40,880 nt of DNA. Source: Candidatus Bathyarchaeia archaeon (GTDB taxonomy: Archaea > Thermoproteota > Bathyarchaeia > Bathyarchaeales > Bathycorpusculaceae). The position numbers were made by a program, and so were the translations under genes. The stretch covers positions 1 to 40,880 of the forward strand of contig JBEKGO010000023.1 of the NCBI GenBank assembly GCA_050012755.1, written 5' to 3'. Below are positions 28,910-37,426 of the stretch, piece by piece. Every line of letters starts with the position of its first letter. Position 1 is the stretch's first letter. Under the pieces are notes generated by a model. That model was not told the DNA's origin, did no database searches, and saw nothing but the letters and a program-made list of their open reading frames with translations.

Positions 28910-29872
28910 ATGGAAAGAAAACTGCTTCTCCAAGATAACGGCAACATCCAGGAGGTAAAAGAAATCTGCATACTGGATGATTCGCAAAAGCTAAAAATGA
29001 TACTGGGCGGCCTAAGCTGGAGAATCATAACCTTATTGTCTAAAAAAGAAATGTACCCACTAGAAATTGCAAAACAGCTAGGCCTGCATGAGCAAAAAGT
29101 CTACTACCACATAAGAAAACTTGCCAAAGCAGGAGCCATTACCGTTGTTCGAGAAGAAAAGAAAAAAGGCGCAACAGCAAAATATTACAGAGCCGTCTCT
29201 CCAGCCTTCGGAATTGAGTTCCCATCAGGCTACAAACCAATCCAAAACCTCTGCACATTGAGCATAGACAGGCAGCTTCAAGCTTTTTTCAAAGAATTCA
29301 TCAAAGACGGCGTTTTTGACGGAAAAATAGTTGTGGGCAGTCCTCAACCGCATGGCCCATTTAAAACTAGTGCTCGAGACGGCCATTATGCAGCGCATTT
29401 GGCACTTTTTTTGGGTCAGTTGGCTAAAATGCCCCTTGAATTTGCTGTGAAACTAGATGTTGATGTGAAAGTGGAGAAAGAAGAAAAAAATAATTTAATT
29501 CTTGTCGGTGGACCCGGCACAAATCTTCTTACGCAGGAAATAAACGAGTATCTTCCCATAAAATTCATAATGCAATCCTCCGAGCAAGGATTTTTGCTTG
29601 GCGGTTTATCCTCAAATAAGACAATGCAAGTTTACACCTCTGATGTGTCAGGGTTAATAGCTAAAATTGCTAATCCTTGGGATAAAACTAAGAGTATCGT
29701 TGTCTTAGCGGGAAACAAAGCTGTGGGAACCAAAGCATGTGTTATAGCATTGACTAATTTTTGGAAGAAAACCCTTCAAAAATACAAAGGCGGCGACACT
29801 TTCGCGGTTGTCATTCAAGGCTTTGATTTAGATGGGGATGGCAAAGTAGATTCCATTGAGGTTAACGAGTAA
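28910..29872 (+). CDS. ArsR-type HTH protein fused to an S-layer-C-like alpha/beta domain
   Basis: N-terminal HTH (YPLEIAKQLGLHEQKVYYHIRKLAKAG); C-terminal NLILVGGPGTNLLT...NPWD...VLAG pattern of the S_layer_C-like fold; terminal DLDGDGKVD loop. Confidence 0.8.
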   Translation: MERKLLLQDNGNIQEVKEICILDDSQKLKMILGGLSWRIITLLSKKEMYPLEIAKQLGLHEQKVYYHIRKLAKAGAITVVREEKKKGATAKYYRAVSPAFGIEFPSGYKPIQNLCTLSIDRQLQAFFKEFIKDGVFDGKIVVGSPQPHGPFKTSARDGHYAAHLALFLGQLAKMPLEFAVKLDVDVKVEKEEKNNLILVGGPGTNLLTQEINEYLPIKFIMQSSEQGFLLGGLSSNKTMQVYTSDVSGLIAKIANPWDKTKSIVVLAGNKAVGTKACVIALTNFWKKTLQKYKGGDTFAVVIQGFDLDGDGKVDSIEVNE

Positions 29873-30304
29873 TTGAGTAAACAAGCAAAAGAAAACATTG
29901 TGGCGTTTGGGCATGAAAACATTCAAGCCATTCACCCAACAACGTTAATGTTTACTAAAGAAAAGAGCGTGTCTAACACTGGCGATTGCATAGTTGCCGT
30001 GGCAGCTAATAAGGCACTGGCGGATTTAGCTCAAATATTTAAAGACACTCTCAGAAAGACTAACGCAAAACTAACCATAATTGTCGAGGCTGCAGGCTTA
30101 AGTGAACAAATTAAAGCCTCGGGCTCGCCTAAGCTGATTTTAACTCATCCAAGCGACATAGTGATCAGAAAAAGTAGCTACATATCTGACCGAACATTGG
30201 CAATCGATGCAGACAAATCATCGAACGATTTATCCCGAGAGTTAGTCGCGATACTGAAAAATCCAAAACAAAAAATCAACATTACCCTGACGGTTCAAAG
30301 CTAA
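29873..30304 (+). CDS. DUF371-domain protein
   Basis: GHENIQAIHPTTLMFTK, GDCI, VIRKSSYISDRTL. Confidence 0.9.
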   Translation: MSKQAKENIVAFGHENIQAIHPTTLMFTKEKSVSNTGDCIVAVAANKALADLAQIFKDTLRKTNAKLTIIVEAAGLSEQIKASGSPKLILTHPSDIVIRKSSYISDRTLAIDADKSSNDLSRELVAILKNPKQKINITLTVQS

Positions 30305-31371
30305 ACAATTTTGGTGTCTAAAACAATCTGCGACTCAAATGGCGCAGTTTCCCGAATACTTTTTGCGTAAAGAAACGCTTCAACTTTTCTACCCGTTGAT
30401 TCTACAGCTTGGTTGAAACGAAGCTTGAGGTTTTCGATTGAATCGGGTGAACGAACGAAAGCGTAAAAATGAATTATTCCGCCCTCCGGCTTGATTGTCT
30501 GGCAAGCGGCATCAACAAACTCAATGGCTTTCTCAGGCAGATTCATTATAACTCGATCAGCCACTTCCTTCAGTTTCGATGAAGTAATTTGCCTTGAATC
30601 GCCCAAAATGGGCAAGACTCGGTTTTCAACTCTGTTAACTCTAACATTAACTTTAAGCAACTCAACTGCTTCTGGGTTAAGATCAACAGCGTAGACTTTC
30701 ACTGTTGGATTCTTTTTAGCAATTAGTATTGAAAATGGTCCAACACCAGCGAAAAGATCACCCACAGTTTCGCCTTTTTGAACAAATGAAGCCACCCGTT
30801 CATGTTCATGCGAGAGTCTGGGCGAAAAATACGCTTTTGCCACGTCAACATGGTATCGGCAGCCGAACTCTTTGTGGACTGTTTGGGTTTTTTGTTCTCC
30901 AGCGATAAAATCGTATTCACGTACTCTGTAGGTCCCGCTTATTGCGCCTGCTTTGGCAAGCACCGTTTTGACGTTTCTATGCGTTTGCAGAATTGCTTCA
31001 CCTATGATGTTTTCGCTCGATTTAAGCTCTGGTGGAATATCGATTATGGCTATGTCCCCGATTACGTCTAATGCTTGAGGTAACATTGCTATCAAATTTG
31101 GCGGCAACTTGTTTTCGAGAACTTGTATGAGATTCTCTTTTGGCAACTCTTTTTCCTTGAAAACAGCGTTTGACAATTGTGTTTCCGGTACCTCTCCTTT
31201 GAGCATTGTTAATTCATTTTCTTGCGGTTGCCTAACTATAGGTATGCAGAGGTTGTCTTGCTCTCGCTCAATTTCCAGTGATTTATCTATAAGTTCAAGT
31301 TTGCTGACTAAGGCGATGATTTTCTGCCCATGTTTTTTTGATGTTTTTATGCAGATACTTGGTTTAGACAT
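30301..31371 (-). CDS. trm5: tRNA (guanine37-N1) methyltransferase Trm5 (Met-10+ family)
   Basis: D1 domain, DVIGDIAI, YFSPRL, DLFAGVGPF, RVIMNLP. Confidence 0.9.
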   Translation of the reverse strand: MSKPSICIKTSKKHGQKIIALVSKLELIDKSLEIEREQDNLCIPIVRQPQENELTMLKGEVPETQLSNAVFKEKELPKENLIQVLENKLPPNLIAMLPQALDVIGDIAIIDIPPELKSSENIIGEAILQTHRNVKTVLAKAGAISGTYRVREYDFIAGEQKTQTVHKEFGCRYHVDVAKAYFSPRLSHEHERVASFVQKGETVGDLFAGVGPFSILIAKKNPTVKVYAVDLNPEAVELLKVNVRVNRVENRVLPILGDSRQITSSKLKEVADRVIMNLPEKAIEFVDAACQTIKPEGGIIHFYAFVRSPDSIENLKLRFNQAVESTGRKVEAFLYAKSIRETAPFESQIVLDTKIV

Positions 31372-31375
31372 GGAA

Positions 31376-32413
31376 TCAGCTATTTTTTTCTACCTTATAG
31401 AGGTTGTTCGCTTTTTGAATAGTGAATTTAACGTTTAACATTTTTTCCATAAGCCAAATGTTAGATTCAATATGCTCAGAAATTGTTCTTACAAGAAATG
31501 TTGATTTGCCCCGCGCCAGAGCCATATAGGGAATAAGCATATCTGCCAAGAAAACATCAACCGTTGGTTTAACAGATAATTCGGCTAAGAGTTTTTCGGC
31601 AGCTTCTTTTCCAACAGCTTCACTCATTTTACGCAGTTCACCTATTGCATCAGCGCCTACTATTACGCCTGTGTCGGTTTCAGCCCATAAGACAATTGAG
31701 CTTCCTTTTTGAAAGGTGTTTGACTGATCGTTTATAGCGTCGATAATAACGTTGTAGCCGTTTTGTGAAAGATACTCTTGTGCCGCTTTAGCTTGCCTCT
31801 CCGCCACCTGTCTGTCGGCTAAGAAAGTGCAGATTGAAACGCCATTGACGCGTTTGACTTTACCAAAATCCGACAGCTGAACTGGTTTCAACTTTTGGTT
31901 AGGTTTGACCGTCATTGTTGCTTCGCCCATGCCTTTTGGGTAATAACCATATTTTTGCACAACAATCTCAGCGTCAACTCCCATCTGTTTGAGCGCTGGC
32001 AAAAGCACATACCGTATGTAATTTATTGTTGGGGCATGAGTTGTGTCTGTTCCACCTTTAGCCACATGCAAATGCACGGGATTATCAGCGAACAAACAAA
32101 CAGGCAAAGTTGCCAATAGCAGCATTGGTATGCTTCCCGCCGTTTCAATAAGGGCTTCAATATTGCCGCCAGCAATGTGCTGAGGCGTAAACCAAAGCTC
32201 CCTTGACCCTAAGGTTGCTCCCTGCACTTTAGCATTGCACAATTTAGCTGCAGTCAACACAGCTTCTAGATGCTGATGTTTTAATCCTGACTGCGGACGG
32301 TTCTGCCTAATGTTAAAAATATGTAACCGCTGATTTGTGATAGCTGCTAGAGCTACGGAGAGGCGAAGTATTGTGCCGCTTCCGCTTTTTTGGCTCCCAT
32401 CAATTTCGATCAT
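31376..32413 (-). CDS. rtcA: RNA 3'-terminal phosphate cyclase
   Basis: IDGS..GSGTILR, NIRQNRP..GLKHQH, GGTD, GYYPKG, LADML and the catalytic His in EHIESN. Confidence 0.95.
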   Translation of the reverse strand: MIEIDGSQKSGSGTILRLSVALAAITNQRLHIFNIRQNRPQSGLKHQHLEAVLTAAKLCNAKVQGATLGSRELWFTPQHIAGGNIEALIETAGSIPMLLLATLPVCLFADNPVHLHVAKGGTDTTHAPTINYIRYVLLPALKQMGVDAEIVVQKYGYYPKGMGEATMTVKPNQKLKPVQLSDFGKVKRVNGVSICTFLADRQVAERQAKAAQEYLSQNGYNVIIDAINDQSNTFQKGSSIVLWAETDTGVIVGADAIGELRKMSEAVGKEAAEKLLAELSVKPTVDVFLADMLIPYMALARGKSTFLVRTISEHIESNIWLMEKMLNVKFTIQKANNLYKVEKNS

Positions 32414-32494
32414 ACTCTTTTTTCTTCCACGTTTGGCTAATGCAAATAATTAATAAGCGTCTTGGTTTATTTAGGAGTTTGAGGGAGCGTTTGG

Positions 32495-32893
32495 ATGAGC
32501 ACTGAAAAAGAAAAACTAAATGAGTTAATGGCAAAAGTTGACAAACTTGTTGCGGATTTAAGCAAAACCTCGGAAGAGCTGCGTTCTGTTTCAGCGTCAC
32601 TCAAATCCATTGCAGTGGGTCAAATCACTCAGCCACAGGTTGCTCAAGCATCAGCGCCTAAAGAGGACGGTTCAAAACTGAGATCGCCTGATGAAATTCG
32701 AATGTCTTTCCCTGAGGAATTGGAAACTCGACTAGGCTTTGAAGAAAAAGGCGACTACATAATTATCAAGCCTAAACAGTTTTTGGGATCAGAAAACTTT
32801 GCAAAAATTGCCTCAGCTGTACGAGGCATGGGCGGAGAATACATCAGCGCTGGAAAAGATTCACATTTTAGGGTACTAAAGAAAAAAACTTAA
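32495..32893 (+). CDS. Hypothetical protein (coiled coil plus small alpha/beta domain)
   Basis: 132-aa ORF with a GGGAG SD, filling the gap between divergent and convergent neighbours. Confidence 0.8.
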   Translation: MSTEKEKLNELMAKVDKLVADLSKTSEELRSVSASLKSIAVGQITQPQVAQASAPKEDGSKLRSPDEIRMSFPEELETRLGFEEKGDYIIIKPKQFLGSENFAKIASAVRGMGGEYISAGKDSHFRVLKKKT

Positions 32894-33165
32894 TGCGCTT
32901 CAAAATCGCTAAATTCTCCACGATAAGGTTCCCATATAGAATCAACATTGGTCACTATTGCAGAAGAAGGACCACTATGACAATATTCTTCAAGCGCTTT
33001 AACGGCTGTTTCTTCACCTTCAAAAACAGCTTCAACCCTGCCATCATGTAAATTTCTAATCCATCCCGTAACGCCTAATCTTTCGGCTTGTTGTTTTGTT
33101 TTTTGCCTAAAGAAAACGCCTTGAACTCTGCCATTTACAAAAACGTGAACTCGAGCTTTAGCCAT
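32890..33165 (-). CDS. acyP: Acylphosphatase
   Basis: GRVQGVFFR, GWIRNLHDGRVE, GP. Confidence 0.96.
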   Translation of the reverse strand: MAKARVHVFVNGRVQGVFFRQKTKQQAERLGVTGWIRNLHDGRVEAVFEGEETAVKALEEYCHSGPSSAIVTNVDSIWEPYRGEFSDFEAH

Positions 33166-33237
33166 TTATTTTCAAGTTTAAAATTAATGGGTTCAAATTT
33201 AAAAAGATAATTTGTTAAAAAAAGGAAAAAAATGTTT

Positions 33238-33259
33238 TCAACCCAGGGGTTGATTTTTT
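33238..33259. terminator. Short hairpin flanked by T/A runs
   Basis: TCAACC-CAGG-GGTTGA followed by T6 on the plus strand; oligo-T runs also follow it on the minus strand. Confidence 0.35.
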
Positions 33260-33552
33260 CTCCAACTGTGTACAAGAAAAGGCTTGCTGTAGGTGGCTCT
33301 GACCACTCAAATTTGTTGGTTACGTCTTTAACTACGTTTTCATAATTGTTTGACTTATCTAAACGGTCAAGGTATTTTTGAAACGAACCGTAGGGACTTT
33401 TAATTTGAATTTAAGCCGTTGTGGTTGTCCGTACGCAACAATAGCCCTTGTTGTCTGCGTTCACTTTCAGTCACCCCTCCCCTGTTTGGAGCTGTCGTTT
33501 TGTGATTTGTGTTAAAAGGGATTCTTTCTCATTGATTGTTTGGTGGTATGTC

Positions 33553-33891
33553 ATGTTCAAGGGGAATTGTGGAAAACTGATGGTTTACGCGTCAACTGGT
33601 GTTCCGTTTAGGAAACGGTTGGATTCCGTTAGGACCGCTGCTCAGGAAACGGCTAAACGATTGAATTTAGATTTTGAGGTAGTAAAATTGGATAGAGCTG
33701 GTTCACCGATTTATGTCTACTATGAAAAAAATGATGGAGATGATCCTATCCCGCTCTATTGTGATGAAGGAAAAATGTCAGATTTAGAGGGGATAAGTTC
33801 AGCGTTGAGGAGCATGATGTTTGTTTTGTCTTTTCATCCTAAGCATACTGCGCTGCGGCAAATGAGAAAAGAAATTCTCAAACTTTCCTAA
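33553..33891 (+). CDS. Hypothetical protein
   Basis: Protein-like from the ATG at 33553 (MFKGNCGKLMVYAS); the track's upstream extension looks non-coding. Confidence 0.75.
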   Translation: MFKGNCGKLMVYASTGVPFRKRLDSVRTAAQETAKRLNLDFEVVKLDRAGSPIYVYYEKNDGDDPIPLYCDEGKMSDLEGISSALRSMMFVLSFHPKHTALRQMRKEILKLS

Positions 33892-34201
33892 ATCGAATAG
33901 CTTGATTTTCAAGAATAACTTCGTAAACCTGGTTCACGTCAAAAGTAATGCCGAAACTGTCGTATTCCTGCTCGGTTAGAAACAGGATTATTTTTGGTGT
34001 GGCAAGTTGTGTTCTCTGCGGCAAGAAGGGCATTTGTTGCTGGAGCGCTTGCATTATGTCCTGCGCCATTTTAGCCTCATCTGTCTGAGGTCTTAGGACA
34101 TAGGGGTTAACTTCTCTCTCTTCAAGAAGCTCAATTCTTTTTCCAAGATTTCCATCTAAATCACGATTTGATTCGATTTTGCTTACTCTAACGCGGAACA
34201 T
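33878..34201 (-). CDS. Arcadin-1-like protein
   Basis: RVRVSK...DLDGNLGKRIELLEE...QTDEAKMAQDIM...MPF...PKIILFLTEQEY...DVNQVYEV.LENQAI parallels Pyrobaculum arcadin-1 along its length (recognised from memory). Confidence 0.8.
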   Translation of the reverse strand: MFRVRVSKIESNRDLDGNLGKRIELLEEREVNPYVLRPQTDEAKMAQDIMQALQQQMPFLPQRTQLATPKIILFLTEQEYDSFGITFDVNQVYEVILENQAIRFRKV

Positions 34202-34271
34202 TAGGAATACACTTCTTATTTAGAAATATTAGGTCACACATTTAATTCTTTAGACTAATGATAACATCATC

Positions 34272-34856
34272 TTACGGCTGTAAAGGAGAATCAGCGGCCG
34301 CAGGTTCATTTATTTCTTTGATTCTTTTGTCAATCTGTCTTAGCCGTTTCTGCATCATCTTAACAGTTTCGTAAGTGTGTTTTCGCTCAACTTCTAACTG
34401 CTTTAGGTTTTCTTCGGAATTTGGTTTTTCTTCTAGGAATGACGAGAAAAAGGACGGTATATTGGGCACGGATGCAGCCTCAATTTTGAGAACATCTTTC
34501 GCAAATTCACGGAAAAGGTTGCCAATATTATTTGAAATTTCTGCCTGTTTTACAATTGCGTGTCTAAGGATAAGTTCTCCTGATTCAGTGATTTTGTAGA
34601 CTTTTAGCCGGCGGTTTTTCTGAGTTTGCCATTCGCCTTTGATATATCCTGTTTTTTCTAAGTCGCGAAGGATAGGGTAAACGCCGCCCGCAGTGGGTTT
34701 CCAGAAGCCCTTGGTGCGATTATTGATTTCTTTCATTATTTCGTAGCCGTGAGCTGGTTTCTTGTTGAGAAGAATGAGAATTCCAATGCGAATGGTGCCT
34801 TTTTGGGCTTCTTTTAGCCAGTTTGCTGTTGTCTTTTCTTCTTTTTCTGATGCCAT
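34272..34856 (-). CDS. PadR-family transcriptional regulator
   Basis: HGYEI, PTAGGVYPILRDLE..GYI, KVYKITESG and a C-terminal coiled coil. Confidence 0.93.
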   Translation of the reverse strand: MASEKEEKTTANWLKEAQKGTIRIGILILLNKKPAHGYEIMKEINNRTKGFWKPTAGGVYPILRDLEKTGYIKGEWQTQKNRRLKVYKITESGELILRHAIVKQAEISNNIGNLFREFAKDVLKIEAASVPNIPSFFSSFLEEKPNSEENLKQLEVERKHTYETVKMMQKRLRQIDKRIKEINEPAAADSPLQP

Positions 34857-34903
34857 TTGTGTTTCGAATCTATATTGTATTGGGGTAATACTTATATTTT
34901 ACC

Positions 34904-34929
34904 GCAATATATTGCACTGAATAATATAT
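34904..34929. promoter_or_regulatory. Candidate PadR operator
   Basis: Perfect palindrome GCAATATATTGC (34904-34915) overlapping ATATATT-N9-AATATAT (34907-34929), between the divergent padR and ABC genes. Confidence 0.5.
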
Positions 34930-34947
34930 GATGTGTAGGTTACTAAA

Positions 34948-35976
34948 ATGGCGACTGATTCTATAATCGACGTAAAAAACCTTACTAAAGTGTTTGGCAA
35001 ATTCACAGCCGTAGATGACATATCATTTCAAGTTAAAAAGGGCGAAATCTTCGGGTTGCTTGGCCCCAACGGAGCAGGCAAAAGCACCACCTTGCGCATG
35101 CTCTCCACCCTTTCAAGACCAACCAAAGGAACAGCCACTATCGGCGGTTTTGATACAGTAAAAAATGACATGGAAGTACGCAAACTAATCGGCATCGTTT
35201 CAGAGAAAATGATTATTTATAATAGGTTAACTGCTGAAGAGAATCTGCGGTTCTTCGGCAGCCTATTCAACATCCCAAAGGACACACTAACAAAAAGAAT
35301 AGATGATTTACTGGAGCTGGTGCAACTTACGAAATGGAAGAATGCACAAGTAGGCACATTTTCAACAGGTATGCGCCAAAGAATGAACGTGGTTCGCGCC
35401 CTGCTAAACATGCCCCAGGTACTATTTCTTGATGAACCCACACTAGGATTAGATCCTCAATCTTCAGTCGAAATAAGAGATTTCATAAAGAAACTCAACC
35501 AGGAAAGCGGAACAACAGTTATCATAACCACACACATGATGGTTGACGCTGACTTGTTATGCGATCGCATAGCTATCGTTGATCACGGAAAAATCATAGC
35601 CCTTGACACATCAACTAATCTTAAAAAGATAATTTCAGGAGGAGATACCATGATTATTAAACTTGAAGTCGCAAATTTGACACCCGATTTAATTGCCTCA
35701 GTAAAAGCGTTAAACTGCGCGGATGCTGTAACCCAAGAAAACTCGACGAGGCTCCACATTATTGTTCATGGTGAAGAAGCATTTGACAATATAATCGACG
35801 CAGTCAGACAAAAAAATGGAAAAATTACTACTATGGAAAATCTACAGCCAACACTTGAAGATGTTTTTCTGCACATCACAGGACATGAAGTTAGGGACTC
35901 TGCAGACCAAAAAATGCCGCTGGAGCGGGGTCGAAGGGGTTTTGGGCGATCACAAACTTCTAGAGGGAGACGATAG
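34948..35976 (+). CDS. ABC-2 exporter ATP-binding subunit (DrrA-like)
   Basis: GPNGAGKST, FSTGMRQR, LDEPTLGLD, TTH, PTLEDVFL. Confidence 0.95.
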   Translation: MATDSIIDVKNLTKVFGKFTAVDDISFQVKKGEIFGLLGPNGAGKSTTLRMLSTLSRPTKGTATIGGFDTVKNDMEVRKLIGIVSEKMIIYNRLTAEENLRFFGSLFNIPKDTLTKRIDDLLELVQLTKWKNAQVGTFSTGMRQRMNVVRALLNMPQVLFLDEPTLGLDPQSSVEIRDFIKKLNQESGTTVIITTHMMVDADLLCDRIAIVDHGKIIALDTSTNLKKIISGGDTMIIKLEVANLTPDLIASVKALNCADAVTQENSTRLHIIVHGEEAFDNIIDAVRQKNGKITTMENLQPTLEDVFLHITGHEVRDSADQKMPLERGRRGFGRSQTSRGRR

Positions 35977-35978
35977 AA

Positions 35979-37151
35979 ATGACTGTACAAACTATTCTCA
36001 AACACAGCTTTAGAATCGCATGGAAAGACCTAACTGAACTCTTCCGCAACCGGCTAGGCTTGGTTCTTTTGGTCGTTATGCCACTGTTCATGATGGTGAT
36101 GGTCGGTTTCATTTATCCATCCAACGGTACAGTCAGCAACCTGCAAGTGGGTCTTGTCAATAATGATTCAGGCTTTAACAATTCGACTCTTCCAAGCCAA
36201 AGCTTTCTGCTGGGTTTAGAAACCATAAACAATCAAACACACACGCTAGTAATAACCAACGTGTCTAGTGTTGGCAGTCTAAAGGATATGGTTCAGAAGG
36301 GTAACCTTGAAGGCGGCATTATAATTCCAAGCAATTTCTCCCAAAGCGTTGCGGGAGGGCAGCAAGGTGATATCATTGTGATGAGTGATGAGTCCAACCC
36401 ACAAATCTCCGCGACTATTCAAGGTGTTCTCAAAGCAATGGTTGGTGCCATGGGAACCGCTACAGCACAGCAAAAACTTAACACGACAAATATAGCGGTC
36501 ATTGAACCCTTTGCCGTGAAAACTCAAGGCGTAGTATCAGGTAACCCAAGTTACTTTGACTTCATCGCTCCAGGCATAATGGCTATGACAGTTATGATGA
36601 GCGTTATGACTGGATTGCCAGTTGCGATTTCGCAGGAGAAGGAAATTGGAACAATGGACGGCATGATGGTTGCACCAATAAATAGGCTGTCGATTCTACT
36701 AGGCAAAACCCTAGCTCAGACTGCCAGAGGCTTAATTCAAGGAATTATAATCTTGGTGTTAGCTATAGGTATATTCGGAGTCGCTATACAAGGAAGCATC
36801 TTGCTGGTATTCGCTTTACTATTGCTGGGAGTGTTTAGCTTCGTCGGCTTAGGCATAGTCATAACGTCTTTTACTAAAGATCAGGAAACTGCACAGATGC
36901 TAATGATGACTTTAATGTTCCCAATGATGTTCCTTAGCGGAGTGTTCTTCCCAATACAACAGATGCCATGGTATATGCAAGACATCTCAAAGATACTGCC
37001 ACTAACCTACGCATCACAAGCTCTACGTAAAGTCATGGTGCTCGGCGCAGGTGTATCTCAGATATCGACGGAACTCATAATACTAATAGCCTTCGGTGTA
37101 GTCATGATTGCCATTGCACTTCCAGTGTTCAGAAGAATGATGACAAGATAG
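35979..37151 (+). CDS. ABC-2 type permease
   Basis: N-terminal TM, sequon-rich extracellular loop, EKEIGT, FLSGVFFP, LPLTY. Confidence 0.93.
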   Translation: MTVQTILKHSFRIAWKDLTELFRNRLGLVLLVVMPLFMMVMVGFIYPSNGTVSNLQVGLVNNDSGFNNSTLPSQSFLLGLETINNQTHTLVITNVSSVGSLKDMVQKGNLEGGIIIPSNFSQSVAGGQQGDIIVMSDESNPQISATIQGVLKAMVGAMGTATAQQKLNTTNIAVIEPFAVKTQGVVSGNPSYFDFIAPGIMAMTVMMSVMTGLPVAISQEKEIGTMDGMMVAPINRLSILLGKTLAQTARGLIQGIIILVLAIGIFGVAIQGSILLVFALLLLGVFSFVGLGIVITSFTKDQETAQMLMMTLMFPMMFLSGVFFPIQQMPWYMQDISKILPLTYASQALRKVMVLGAGVSQISTELIILIAFGVVMIAIALPVFRRMMTR

Positions 37152-37426
37152 GAGAACTGAATAGAAAACGAGTACACTCTGCTCCAAATGCCCTTTCTTT
37201 CAACTTGCCCCACTGATAAGACGCAAAAACGCACGAAAAAGATGCCGCATCGAACCTCAAAGACAACTGCGAATCTACGAATGCAAAGACTTCCCTGAAA
37301 AAAAACGCTTCAGACGATAACGCAAAACCTTTCTGCTTTTCTTGCTTTATTTGTCACTTTTAACAATTTCGCCCGCTACGGTTTTATATTCTGCACGCAT
37401 AGAAGTGAAAAGAAGAGAAAACCGCT

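Noticed and set aside
28690-28987. Possible glmS ribozyme, and the 60-aa ORF at 28805-28987
   Set aside because: No glmS ribozyme core is recognisable, and the ORF is antisense to the regulator's start.
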